A stretch of 63,128 nt of DNA, the filler included, from Octopus bimaculoides (Eukaryota): NCBI RefSeq assembly GCF_001194135.2. It is 6 parts of 5 records of this genome, joined end to end, with 100 filler letters (N's around TTAATTAATTAA, not from the genome) between each part and the next. Parts side by side here need not be neighbours in the genome. Positions count along the whole stretch, not along the records: positions 20,205 to 33,082 come from NC_069010.1; positions 33,183 to 37,973 come from NC_068982.1; 4 more parts are not named here. The stretch is one strand, 5' to 3'. The position numbers were made by a program, and so were the translations under genes. Below the pieces are notes generated by a model. The model did not search any database. It was given only the letters and a program-made list of their open reading frames with translations, and was not told the DNA's origin. Positions 25,240 through 37,562 of this stretch are shown in pieces (the stretch's first letter is position 1; each line of letters starts with the position of its first letter).

Positions 25240-25431
25240 GGAAAACTGGGCGTTAAAATGACTGATGGGTATGTGTCTGTGTCTGTCCCACTCCAGTCTG
25301 ACAACTGGTGTTGGTTTGTTCATGTCCCGGTTAATGGAAAACTGGGCGTTAAAATGACTGATGTGTATGTGTCTGTGTCTGTCCCACTCCAGTCTGACAA
25401 CTGGTGTTGGTTTGTTCATGTCCCGGTTAAT
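25240..25431. repeat. 96-bp direct tandem duplication inside a SINE 3' fragment
   Basis: 25240-25335 and 25336-25431 are nearly identical. Confidence 0.9.
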
Positions 25432-26728
25432 GTCCCATTGGCAAAAAATGACTAATAGAATAAGATTAACAGACTTAAGGGCTAGGGTTACTTCATTTGA
25501 CTAAACTGTTACCCTTCAAAGTGGAGGCCCAGCATGGCTGCAGTCCAGTGACTGAAACAAGGAAAAGTTAAACGATAAANNNNNNNNNNNNNNNNNNNNN
25601 NNNNNNNNNNNNNNNNNNNNNNNNNNNNNNNNNNNNNNNNNNNNNNNNNNNNNNNNNNNNNNNNNNNNNNNNNNNNNNNNNNNNNNNNNNNNNNNNNNNN
25701 NNNNNNNNNNNNNNNNNNNNNNNNNNNNNNNNNNNNNNNNNNNNNNNNNNNNNNNNNNNNNNNNNNNNNNNNNNNNNNNNNNNNNNNNNNNNNNNNNNNN
25801 NNNNNNNNNNNNNNNNNNNNNNNNNNNNNNNNNNNNNNNNNNNNNNNNNNNNNNNNNNNNNNNNNNNNNNNNNNNNNNNNNNNNNNNNNNNNNNNNNNNN
25901 NNNNNNNNNNNNNNNNNNNNNNNNNNNNNNNNNNNNNNNNNNNNNNNNNNNNNNNNNNNNNNNNNNNNNNNNNNNNNNNNNNNNNNNNNNNNNNNNNNNN
26001 NNNNNNNNNNNNNNNNNNNNNNNNNNNNNNNNNNNNNNNNNNNNNNNNNNNNNNNNNNNNNNNNNNNNNNNNNNNNNNNNNNNNNNNNNNNNNNNNNNNN
26101 NNNNNNNNNNNNNNNNNNNNNNNNNNNNNNNNNNNNNNNNNNNNNNNNNNNNNNNNNNNNNNNNNNNNNNNNNNNNNNNNNNNNNNNNNNNNNNNNNNNG
26201 GTTGTTGTTCGTGCCATCTGTAACTTTAACTAAGTATTTCCGATCTCCTTGCAAGCATGCACATCATTATTATTATTATTATTATTTCTCCACTAAATAT
26301 CCTGTACCTTGCTTTACCATTTACTTGCGTTAATATCCGTATATTAATATAATATATTACTAGGCTATGATGCTGTATTTATTTTTATATTTACTTTCTT
26401 CACTTTATATTAGTAAGTCATTAGTTTTTTCCTTAAGGAGAAAATTTTTTTAATATATGATGAAGTCTCTTGATTATCTCCCATCCTCCACATTTTAATT
26501 AGCTTTTAGTTTACGACTTCAGCTTGCTTTACTGTGATCCATTTTGCCCTCCTTCCCACCCATTTTAATCATTTAATTTAAACCTTTAGCATTACATTTA
26601 CAGCCCTCTCCCTCTATAACTCTATATAAACAAGCATTCTTACTTCTAACGGTCACTTACTTGGCCATATAATATTATAGCTCGTAAGTTACCTCATCAT
26701 TTTGCATTTGTCTTGCTTCTATATGTTG

Positions 26729-26826
26729 GTTCCCTGACGATGAATATATGTGGAATTCCAGTAGCTCTTACTTCTTTGGAGTAGAGTACACATATATTTT
26801 GAAACATGTGTAGTAATTAAAGGAAC
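26729..26826 (+). ncRNA. Degenerate hammerhead-like motif at a Penelope-like tail
   Basis: CUGACGA, 11-bp stem II (GAATATATGTG/CACATATATTT) and GAAAC-ATGT-GTA present; stem I not paired at the cleavage site. Confidence 0.4.
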
Positions 26827-27733
26827 TTTTATTTATATGCGTATTGCTCCATTTATTGTTATTATTCATATCTACTCAAAATGCATCACTTCAACTTGGT
26901 ATCTCTTTAAACGGGTGTGATATCCTGGATTTTTGTGTAATTTTTGCTACCCATGGTAACCATTAACATATTTATGTTGTCAAAGGTTTTTTTAAACTGA
27001 GATAATATTAATATATACATAAACTAATACATACATACATACATACATACACACATAGATACACACATGTACACACATCTACATGCATCTGATTGGATGG
27101 ATGAGGTGTCTGTGAGTGACCTTCATCTGGAGGCAATTCTGTGACATGTTAATTAACCCATAACTGGGGGTAAGAGCAGATCTGGGGACAACAGTGGCTA
27201 AGAGGTGGTTCTGCAGTCATCAAACAACTTGGAACTCCCAAACCACAGCCCCCACAACCAGATTCAGTTCAAAGTCATATCCAGGACACTGTTCCAGTAT
27301 CTATACATATATAGCTCAGTTTGTGAGTGTGTGTGTGTGTTGCATCTATAGAAATCCACACCTTACAAGATAGCAATCTGGGGGTCGCACCAATGGATTC
27401 CTCATCGCAAATAAAAATGGCAGTCACCATTTTGTAAGTGGTTCGTTCTAGTATCATGAAGGTAATGGGAAAACTCGGCGCTCCTGAACCTAGATACAGT
27501 TTAAGATCAGACCCAGGAAAATGTAGCAATTAGAGTGTAGGGATGGGTGTGGGGGCAACATAATGATAATAGTAGAAACTATGCCAAAACAACATAGTGG
27601 CTGAAAAATAAGAACAAGGTGTCCTGCTAGATCAAGCCTTACCTCAGGGCTAAGCAACATCAAACACTATACAAAAAATTGAGTAATATTTATATCATGA
27701 CACTTAAATATGCTGTTGTTGTTCTTGTTGCAG

Positions 27734-27796
27734 CTTCCTTCAAGCACAAAGTATGTGAAAGTTGAAGTGACTGGAAATGGTTATGTTCTTGTTCAG
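27734..27796 (+). CDS. TEP/CD109-like exon (LPSSTKYVKVEVTGNGYVLVQ)
   Basis: ttgcag|CTT..CAG|gtaag, 63 nt; V...G.G..LVQ motif. Confidence 0.88.
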
Positions 27797-28317
27797 GTAA
27801 GCTTCTGGTTTTGTTCTCTCTCTCTCTCTGTCTCTGTCTCTCTCTCTCTCTCCTGCTAGCATGGAAAGCGGACGCTAAACGATGACGATGACGATGATGA
27901 TGATGATGATGGGAAGAACCCTTTGGTGAAAATCCCATTAAAAAATATTAGCTAGGACAAAACTAATGTAGTTTGGTGACAGTGTACATTATCATCATGA
28001 AAAATCCATTTCTTCGCACTACACTGATCTGGTCAGTTTTGCTGAATGTCCCCCCTTAAAAGCTTCAAAACTCCACTGCAAAACTTAATTGACAGTCTGT
28101 CACCCGTAATTTGACAGTTCGACAAAAGACCCGAATAGAATTTTCAAAAAAATTTAGTCCTGAGATCAATTTATTTGACTTTAATTTTTTAGGTAATTGC
28201 TCTAGCATGGCCACAGTTCAATGACTGAAACAAGTAAAAAATTTGATCAGACACACGCACATATACACACAACCATATTTGCTATGTCATTTATTTTGGT
28301 CCTGTCTTTTCCGATAG

Positions 28318-28427
28318 GTGAACTGGCAGTATAATTTGATCCCTGAGGAGAAAAAGTCTTATTTGTCCATCAATATGTCAAAGAGGCTGTCCCTTCCGGA
28401 AACTGCTGAATACGATGCCTGTGTTAA
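28318..28427 (+). CDS. TEP/CD109-like exon (VNWQYNLIPEEKK...EYDACVK)
   Basis: gatag|GTG..AA|gtaag; phase 2 end joins the next exon. Confidence 0.85.
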
Positions 28428-28527
28428 GTAAGTATGAATCAGAGATCCTCCCCTTTTTACCTTTCAAGCATTTGACTAATAATACCTTTATGTTCTTGTT
28501 TTTACTTAACCATCACATATACTTTAA

Positions 28528-28750
28528 CCCTTTAGTGTTCAGATTGCTCTGTTAAATATAATACTTTTTCACTCAAATTGTTTTGAATTAATCATGCATT
28601 ATGTTATAGCTTTGAGGTTTCAATGATATGATTGTTTTTATTTTTAGAATGTCAGTGTAGGTTAGGTGTGAGAGGCTAGATATGGCCAGTTTGAATATAA
28701 AACATATAGAGTATATTGGGGCGGATATGGCCGGTTTAAACACTAAAGGG
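28528..28750. mobile_element. piggyBac-type MITE with TTAA target duplication
   Basis: TTAA|ccctttagtgtt ... aacactaaaggg|TTAA. Confidence 0.8.
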
Positions 28751-28838
28751 TTAAAATGCATCTCTCTCTCTCTTTTTTCTTCTTTACATTCAACCCCCTT
28801 CATGATTGTATTTCAACCTGGCCTCTTTGCAATTACAG

Positions 28839-28986
28839 GTACACAGGAAAAGAAGATACTGGAATGGTATTAGTTTCAATAAACACTCTGTCTGGATTTA
28901 CTGCAAATTCAGTGGATCAATCAAGCAACTCCTTAATAAAGAGGTCAGAAGTGGAAGACAACAAAGTTGTTGTCTATCTGGACTCC
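28839..28986 (+). CDS. TEP/CD109-like exon, A2M receptor-binding domain (YTGKEDTGMVLVSINTLSGF...KRSEVEDNKVVVYLDS)
   Basis: ttacag|G..TCC|gtatg; GM......LSGF and KR.E.....V.VY.D motifs. Confidence 0.92.
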
Positions 28987-29059
28987 GTATGTATTCCTCC
29001 TTCTACTGTCAGCTAGTTATATCTCTCTACCACATACTTTCATTGTTTTATCTTTTGAT

Positions 29060-29450
29060 TATTTCAGTCATCAGACTGTAGCCGCGCTGGAGCAGAGCCT
29101 TGGGAAACTCAAACCCCAGTGTCTCTTTGGTCAGCTGAAAGCAGTTTTAGCACAAACTTGGCAGACACGCATCTCATACCCAAATCTTCAGTGATAATGG
29201 ACTGAACTGAACCGTAACTAATCTGCGCATCCTCTGATAACTCATGGTGGTTCGACGATTTCCCCCTCACAGCTGCATGCACATCTACAATGTTTTTCTC
29301 GCTTCTGCAGGTTTCAGGTCTCCCAGAAAGTTTGTTAATATCGACATTTTTGCAGATATCTTGGAAATGTCTGAACCACTCGTACACTTGTGTACAGCTC
29401 ATACACTCCACTACATACACTTTCTGCAACTTTGTGTAGGCCTCTGAGCA
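29060..29450 (-). mobile_element. Mariner-family transposase fragment in a TEP intron
   Basis: QVYEWFRHF..SGRP..SVQSIITEDLGMRCVSAKFVLKLLSADQ (HTH plus WVP/FVP-like motif). Confidence 0.8.
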
Positions 29451-29732
29451 GGTATCACCATGATAACTTTGTCGTGGTCAATGTGACGATCACACACTAC
29501 ACACCTTCCTTCCAAGCACTACTGTAAACAGCAAAAGTGACCGAAAACATCAAAACTTAGTGCGCTTGTATGGCAGAGTCCACGGTCAGTCTGTGCTAAG
29601 TGGTCTTACTCTGCATGCTTTAGCTTTGTTACTATGGCAACAGTCCTGATATTTATTTATCAGACCTCGTATTATCATATGAGGTGGAACAGGACAAATG
29701 CCTTTGATCATTGGGGGTACAAAACTGGAGCT

Positions 29733-29975
29733 GACCTATTAACCCCTAATTTCATATGTGCTGGCTATGAACCCCTAATTTTATATGTAGGCTATTGACC
29801 CCAAATTTCACATGTTGACTATTAACCGCTAATTATATGCATATTGGCTATTGACCCTAATTTCTTATGTTGCCTAATTTCATGTGTTGGTCATTGATTC
29901 CTAATTTCTTTCATGCTGTTCATTGACCCCTAATTTCATGTGTTGGTTGTTGATCTTTAATTTCATGTGTTGGCC
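29733..29975. repeat. Degenerate ~27-bp minisatellite (ctattgacccctaatttcatatgtgttgg-like), about 8 units
   Basis: Repeated cctaatttc-atgtg core, ending about 30 bp before the exon at 30007. Confidence 0.8.
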
Positions 29976-30006
29976 CTTCTTCATTGTTATTTCTATTACA
30001 TTGTAG

Positions 30007-30112
30007 TTACCAAATGGCAAACAATCATGCTTCCCTGTGAAAATGGACCTTGATATTAATGTGGAAAACATGAAGCCCCAAGTTGCTGAAGTAGTCATGT
30101 ATTATCAACCAG
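30007..30112 (+). CDS. TEP/CD109-like exon (LPNGKQSCFPVKM...KPQVAEVVMYYQP)
   Basis: ttgtag|TTA..G|gtatg; C......V...KP..V.V..YY.P motif. Confidence 0.9.
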
Positions 30113-30516
30113 GTATGTCTCATTGTCATGTCATTAATCAACTACTTCATGTCACTCGTTAATTCATTAATCTTGTGTGGTTGTTAGTCCTACCTTCTTT
30201 TCTAGCTCTTCTCAATGCCAATAGGCTGTTAGATTGTGTACTGATGACTCATTATAATTGTTACTTCACTCATTAGTCGTCATCATCATTGATTTAACAT
30301 TCACTTTTCCATGTTCACATGGATCAGATGGAATTTATTGTGATAGATTTTCTATGACCAGATGCTCTTCTTGTCACTGTTAGCTAGGGCATTGTTATAG
30401 TAGGGGGATGCTTTATCAAATGTTTCTTTTGAAGATGATAGATTTGATATCCTCTAATGGATGTTGGCTAACTGGTTTTTAAACACCATAGCTTGGTTGA
30501 CAGGATTGTTTGTGTA

Positions 30517-31047
30517 TCATCATCATCATCATCATCGTTTAACGTCCGCTTTCCATGCTAGCATGGGTTGGACGATTTGACTGAGGACTGGTGAAACCGG
30601 ATGGCAACACCAGGCTCCAGTCTAATTTGGCAGAGTTTCTACAGCTGGATGCCCTTCCTAACGCCAACCACTCAGAGAGTGTAGTGGGTGCTTTTACGTG
30701 TCACCCGCACGAAAACGGCCACGCTCGAAATGGTGTCTTTTATGTGCCACCCGCACAAGCCAGTCCAGGGGCACTGGCAACGATCTCGCTCGAAAATCCT
30801 ACGGGAGCCAGTCAGGCGGTACTGGCAACGGCCACGCTCAAAATGGTGCATCTCATGTGCCACCCGCACAAGAACCAGTCCAGGGGCACTGGCAACAATC
30901 TTACTTGGCTTGCCGGGTCTTCTCACGCACAGCACATTTCCAAAGGTCTCGGTCAGTAGTCATCGCCTCGGTGAGGCCCAATGTACGAAGGTCTTGCCTC
31001 ACCACCTCAGCCCAGGTCTTCCTGGGCCTACCTCTTCCACGGGTTAA
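30517..31047 (-). mobile_element. Retroelement 3' region with (ATG)n tail (RTE-type tail); shorter copies at 20258-20393 and 27855-27910
   Basis: catcatcgtttaacgtccgctttccatgctagcatggg...ggatgcccttcc shared by the copies; internal ~115-bp duplication. Confidence 0.6.
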
Positions 31048-31444
31048 GTGAGATTCTCATTTAGTTTATTATAGGATTTACACGAATGTGAATTTATGTC
31101 TGGAGAAACATGTAAGACATCAACTTTGCAAAAATTAGTAGATACAGTAATTTTGAGGTTTAACTGACTAAAAAGTATATCTGACAGAAAAAGGGGGCAA
31201 AGATTTTGGTTTTATTACTACATTTTTCATTCCACCTTTTGCATGCATTGACCTTCATGTTTTTCCTCTTGTTCCTTTCTCATATTTTCTTGTAGACCAG
31301 CATCCTAGTTTATAAATACATCTAACAATATGCATTGATCCAGAAATAGTGCTTGGAGATACATGGCATGTTATGTAAATCTTCCAAATTATTGTATCTC
31401 TACAGCAGTAGTTTTTTTTTTGTAAATTGTGTATGTTAGATGAT

Positions 31445-31783
31445 ATTTTGGTGATCTTACAGTATGAGTCCTAAATATCGGCCTTTTCTGTAAAAAGGGG
31501 AGAGAAACAGGGAAACGACATCATAAAAGCGAAAGATATACAGAGAGCACGATTTATTTTGAAGGGTTTAGGGTTAGGGTTAGGATTACGGAATTCCGTC
31601 CCTAACCCTAACCCTAACCCTAAACACTAACTGTAACCCTGACACTAAAACCCTAACCCTAACACCGTAGTGAAGATCATGCGGGTGTTACAAAAAAGGC
31701 CGATCTTTGGTAAAGATCGCCGAAGACACTTTTTACGGAAAAGGCTGATATTTAGGACTCATACCGTAAGGTCGCCGATATTT
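31445..31783. mobile_element. MITE with ~50-bp TIRs and a central (TTAGGG)n/(CCCTAA)n palindrome
   Basis: cttacagtatgagtcctaaatatcggccttttctgtaaaaag mirrored by ctttttacggaaaaggctgatatttaggactcataccgtaag. Confidence 0.7.
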
Positions 31784-31877
31784 TTCGTCTCACTGGATGG
31801 AGAGCTTTTTTTTTGTTGAACATATGTATAATGGAACAGTAAACTATATATATGTATATTTTCTTTTTTATTTCTAG

Positions 31878-32017
31878 ACCAAAAAGCAGAGACAACTTAC
31901 TCAATATCAGATCTCATCACTGAAAGAAGTAAAATGTCACCACTTATTGGTCCACCTCTTCCATCTCTTCCTCCACCTGTTCGTCCACCCTTTGATCGCT
32001 TTCCTGAAATTAATTAA
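31878..32017 (+). CDS. TEP/CD109-like terminal exon (DQKAETTYSISDL...PPLPSLPPPVRPPFDRFPEIN*)
   Basis: tttctag|AC in correct phase after YYQP; A...Y motif of the family; stop at 32015-32017. Confidence 0.8.
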
Positions 32018-32699
32018 TTCTAGATGAGTGAGGAAGGGTTGCAGTGCAGATGATAGAAACACTGACACTTAACTCCCATGATGATGATGGAAATTTTCTG
32101 TCAATTTGAACTCTTACCGAAATGTGATGTGAAACACTTAGTAATACATAGCTCTATATATTGTGTACTTTTGCCCCTTATGTTTTATATATAGATTCTA
32201 TTTTCTACAGCTGGGTAACATGGTAACTGACCAAAAAGTCTGTCAGTCACACAATGACTAAAAGAAATTTATTGCAATCAATAAAAAATTTGACCTTTTT
32301 GACTTGCCATCAATTTCAATCGTCTTAGATAAACAACCTTTCTTTATTTTTATCCTTTTTCTATCTTTCTGTCCTTTTTCTCTCTAACCAAGCCTCACAC
32401 ATATAAATTCTAAATGACAAAGAACATCTCAAATAACCACTACCAAAACATCCTCTTTCCAAAACCCAAGAAAAATTCAACTCCAGGTTTTTTTTTCAAC
32501 TAATTCTTACGTATGAATTTTCTATAAAAAAATAAACATTCATGATGAATCTCTAAAAGGGACAAAAATGCTAAATAAATAGTTTTTATCAAAATCCTGA
32601 CTACTTTCTTTTTCTTAATTTATAAAATCTGTACACCACTTCTAACAATCTATATATATATACACCTACTTTGATTCCTTGGTAGGTTCCAGCCAGTAT

Positions 32700-33082
32700 T
32701 GGCCCAGGCCATGTCTAACTTAATAGCACCACCTAGCAAAGTCATTCAAATCAAGAATTGGACAACATGGTCCACTCAAGTAGAGAGCTATTGTTTATAG
32801 AGACATATCCAGGTGTAGGAGGTTTATCCGGGATTTTTTGAAGGAATTTGTCCAAAGACTTCTTGAACTTTATGAGGTCTGTCTCTTGCTTTCATGTATT
32901 TTGGTGTAATGTTAAAGAGAGCGGGCCCAATTGAGGTGAAATAATTGTGCCGTATTGTTGTTATGTGATGAGAGTATGATTTTTGTTGTGGGCAGATAAC
33001 ACAGGACCCAAGTCTTGGGAGTATCTCAAAGGCAATGCCAACATCATTTGGGCAATGCTGATGGAATATTTTCCACATCATG
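32700..33082 (-). mobile_element. CR1-group LINE ORF2 C-terminal fragment
   Basis: WKIFHQHCPN..RLGSCVICP..TIRHNYFTSIGPALFNITP..FKKSLDKFLQKIPDKPPTPGY. Confidence 0.75.
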
Positions 33083-33182
33083 NNNNNNNNNNNNNNNNNN
33101 NNNNNNNNNNNNNNNNNNNNNNNNNNTTAATTAATTAANNNNNNNNNNNNNNNNNNNNNNNNNNNNNNNNNNNNNNNNNNNN
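33083..33182. other. Assembly linker gap N44-TTAATTAATTAA-N44
   Basis: Same 100-bp structure. Confidence 0.95.
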
Positions 33183-33211
33183 TTCTCTCTCTCTATCTAT
33201 CTATCTATCTA

Positions 33212-33344
<133 letters not shown>

Positions 33345-34461
33345 GTATAGGTTCATAATGTTGAGTGAGAGTTTCAAAAGCTACTGAATTCATTTGCAAG
33401 AAAACAAGTTCTCTGTATATATATGTAGTTTACCTCTCTTTCACATATATTCTGTTTTCTGTGTCGCGATTTTAATAATATACTTTTTATTAATGTTTTT
33501 TGTTCTTTTTTTTTCCAAGTAATCAATGCGGTACAATATTTCTTTGATCGTATACATTCAAGAATATCAGATACAACTTTCAATAGGATTGATGTCTGCC
33601 ATCATTGCTTCCCATTCTGTCCACTCTATCAATTAAATATTATGTAGTTTTTTAAATTTTATTTTGGGCTTTTCTTTTTTTTCTTTTTTGCGTGGTAGCA
33701 GAAAACCATTTTTCCGTATATCACGGAGCATCGTTTCTAAACTGTTTAGATGAAAGTTTCAGAAAAACGTCTTGATATATTCAATGTTATTAATAATCGC
33801 GTTGTATAATATCGATATCTTAACTGTTACTTGATATACTAAAACCAAGAAATAAAAAAGAGAAAAAAGACACAAAAGAAAACAAAAATATATGTAGCTT
33901 TCTCTCTATTGTTATGTCTGCCAGTTATTGTATCGCATTTATTACGACACAGATAAGAGATCATTGTTGTATTTCTTATTGATTATTAATATTTTATTAT
34001 TTGACATCACATCAGTCTTTAGGCCCATGAAAAAATTAAAATTTTTTCCAATGTAAAAATAATTCAGTTTTGAAAAATGTTTGTTAGTTTTCTAATTCCT
34101 CATTGAAGTTTTTATTGACATTATAGATAAATTTAGCATAATTTCTCCCATGAATTTTAGAAAGTGCAGATCTTAATATATTTTTGTTCGACGTTCTATA
34201 AATACTCATAATTTAAAAATTTTTTTACTGGTTTCAAAGAAGTCACACAGGAGTACGTTTTTAATCGATCATATCGACCTCTACTACTTATTTCGGTTTC
34301 CTACTTATTTCATTGTTCATTAGAGGCAGAAACTTTTTTTTCTTCGCTTTTGTAGATATGCCGGTGGACGTACCATTTTGTACTTGGTGCAAACACACAC
34401 AGACATACATACAAATACACGTAAATCTATACCTACACACACACACACAGGCATATATATT

Positions 34462-34895
34462 CTTTTCTACTCTAGGCACAAGGCCCGAAATTTTGGGGGA
34501 GGGGTCCAGTCGATTAGGTCGACCCCAGTACACAACTGGTACTTAATTTATCAACTCCGAAAGGATGAAATGCAAAGTCGACCACGGCGGAATTTGACCT
34601 CAGAACTTTGAGATAGACGAAATACCACTAAATATTTCGCCTCGCCTGCTAACGTTTTTTTAATTTTTTTATTGCCCACAAGAGGCTAAACATAGAGGGG
34701 ACAAACAAGGACAGACAAAGAGATTAAGTCGATTATATCGCCCCCAGTGCGTAACTGGTACTTAATTTATCGACCCCGAAAGGATGAAATACAAAGTCGA
34801 CCTCGAGGGAATTTGAACTCAAAACGTAGAGACAGACGAAATACCGCTAAGTAATTCGCCCCGCGTGCTAATGATTCTGCTAGCTCACCGCCTTG
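34462..34895 (-). mobile_element. Two adjacent tRNA-SINE family B copies
   Basis: gtcgacc..ggaatttgaactc...gacgaaataccgctaag repeated at about 34580 and 34800. Confidence 0.8.
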
Positions 34896-35946
34896 AACAC
34901 ACACGTATATTAAATTAATAATTATATATATCTATATATGATTATATTAAGGGAGTAGGGCGAAAAACGACCTATTATCAGCATGCTTGAAAGTGCCGAC
35001 GCCCTCAAATACTACAGAAAAAATTGTATAAATTAGCTATAAATTTTTATTCTATGATGATTGCCTGATAAAAATCATTAACGTGATTTTATCCTTATAT
35101 TCTATTACACACACACATGTATACGTATGTTTACGCTTACACTGGCAAAGGGATTTAGGCTTGTTACCATCTGCCAAATTCCACACACAAAGTATTGGAT
35201 AATTATTTATTTATGAGTGATTATTGACCTGTCCAGCAATACTTAACTGTTTTCATAGACTGAAGATGTCTGTTTGATTGTTTTTTTAACAAGAATTTTA
35301 TGCGGGAGTTATTCTGGAATATGTAAGAAATTTGTGAAATATTCCATACTCAAGGAATCAAATTAATAAATGCAACAGAAAGATTACAGAAGAAGATATA
35401 AGAAACAGAATTCTTCATGAAATTGCTAAACGACAAAAAGCATAGTTATCTGGCCAGTAAGTACAATAAGTAATATTGTAACAATATGGGCCTAAAATAT
35501 CTGAATACATGAAAGCAATTAAAAAAAAAAAGAAAAGAATGTAAAAAGAGAAAGAAAACGAGAAGAAATAATGAAATAGTGAGTGATTATTGAATCATTG
35601 TTTAAATACTCAACAAAAGCATGTATATCTTGAAAAGTCCTCAATTATGAGATAAGAAATATAGCCATTAATTTTTTTTTGTTTAAATGATTTATGACCC
35701 GAGATAAAATGCTAGATGATTTCATATCAATATTACAAAGTGCACGCTATAAATAAAGAGCAATCGTGTTTCATTTCGGGATCAAATTTCACATCTAATG
35801 TTTAATAAACACTTGGAAAATAGATTTGGTGAATATACAGCTATAATCATTTAACAAAAAAACATTATTGCTGAAGTCATTTTTAAGTAACTGCTTCTAA
35901 ATTCCACGTAAAAATAAAGTACTATATGTTAAAAAAAATTATCCAG

Positions 35947-36795
35947 ATATTATAACTATGATGGAACATGCTACCATTCTTCCACGGAGGTTTTGCCCTG
36001 TTATTCTTCAACATAACTCAGAACAAGATCTATCGTCTACCAGTTCAGGTATTCATTCACCACCACAGATTCACCAGTATGGCGATACTTCACGAGATGG
36101 AAATTTTTTCAATGGACAAACTATATTTCATGTTCAGTTACCGAGTGATAAATCTGATGTTTCTTATACAACACCTAAACGATATGAATACAAGAGATAT
36201 GGCCAAGTGGATGTACCCTTTTACAGAACAAACATGCATAAATTTGAAGAAGGCAAAGACCATATACCACACAATGAATTACCTCAAGGCGGAAGTGATA
36301 ACTTTTATGATATATTACCGAGCCACACAAATTTAGATAATTACATCACAAACAACGAGGCTTTAAAATGCTTTTCTCCATCGTCCCATATAAAATATCC
36401 AATTCCTACATTTACAAAACCCTTTTCAGAAATAAATGCATTGTCAAAATGCGTGGATGTCTCTCAAAACGTTTATTCTTGCAAACCACGTGATAAAAGG
36501 GAAACGAACGAACCTCGACAAATCAATATTCATTCAAAGCAATCTGTAGACGGTCAATCTCAAATAAAACCGATATCGAACCATCCTTTTCCCATTGATA
36601 TGCTGAAATGCTCAGGAAGCTTCCTTCAAAAGATGAATTTGTACGTAAAACAAATGGGTGGATCTACACACGAAATGAAGACAGATCTGCAGGAAAATGG
36701 CAGACAGTATCAGAGGAGGATAAATAAATGTCCGTACTGTAATAAATTCAAATCAAGTCCAGCACAACTTAAGATTCACTTACGTATCCACACAG
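35947..36795 (+). CDS. C2H2 zinc-finger protein exon: long unique N-terminal region plus first finger
   Basis: 280-aa open frame ending CPYCNKFKSSPAQLKIHLRIHT-G (CX2CX12HX3H). Donor CAG|gttagt splits the HTGEKP linker; acceptor atccag at 35946; Met at 35958. Confidence 0.8.
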
Positions 36796-37058
36796 GTTAG
36801 TACTCTTGTATATTGCGCATTACTTACTCTCTGTGATTCCATGGTACATCCAACTAAGAAAATGTTAATTGTTTAAATTTAAAGATATAATCTAATTTAT
36901 AGACTTCCAGTCATATTGTTTTTTTGACTGGTAATAAGCATATGATCATATACAAATAAGAAAAACATAAACTTTCACAAACAAATTCAGGCATACACTT
37001 GTGTGTGTATATATATATAAATGCGAACACATACACAAACAAACACTCACACAGACAA

Positions 37059-37097
<39 letters not shown>

Positions 37098-37503
37098 NNN
37101 NNNNNNNNNNNNNNNNNNNNNNNNNNNNNNNNNNNNNNNNNNNNNNNNNNNNNNNNNNNNNNNNNNNNNNNNNNNNNNNNNNNNNNNNNNNNNNNNNNNN
37201 NNNNNNNNNNNNNNNNNNNNNNNNNNNNNNNNNNNNNNNNNNNNNNNNNNNNNNNNNNNNNNNNNNNNNNNNNNNNNNNNNNNNNNNNNNNNNNNNNNNN
37301 NNNNNNNNNNNNNNNNNNNNNNNNNNNNNNNNNNNNNNNNNNNNNNNNNNNNNNNNNNNNNNNNNNNNNNNNNNNNNNNNNNNNNNNNNNNNNNNNNNNN
37401 NNNNNNNNNNNNNNNNNNNNNNNNNNNNNNNNNNNNNNNNNNNNNNNNNNNNNNNNNNNNNNNNNNNNNNNNNNNNNNNNNNNNNNNNNNNNNNNNNNNN
37501 NAG

Positions 37504-37562
<59 letters not shown>

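Noticed and set aside
25240-25431. 96-bp duplication as a CRISPR-like or coding repeat
   Set aside because: Two adjacent units with no spacer, inside a SINE fragment in a eukaryotic intron.
30578-30605. CTGAGGA-CTGGT-GAAAC in RTE-type tails (also near 20318)
   Set aside because: No room for stem II and no GUH triplet.
31564-31625. Telomere-telomere fusion site
   Set aside because: Only 3-4 repeats per side, enclosed by TIRs inside an intron; better explained as a MITE.
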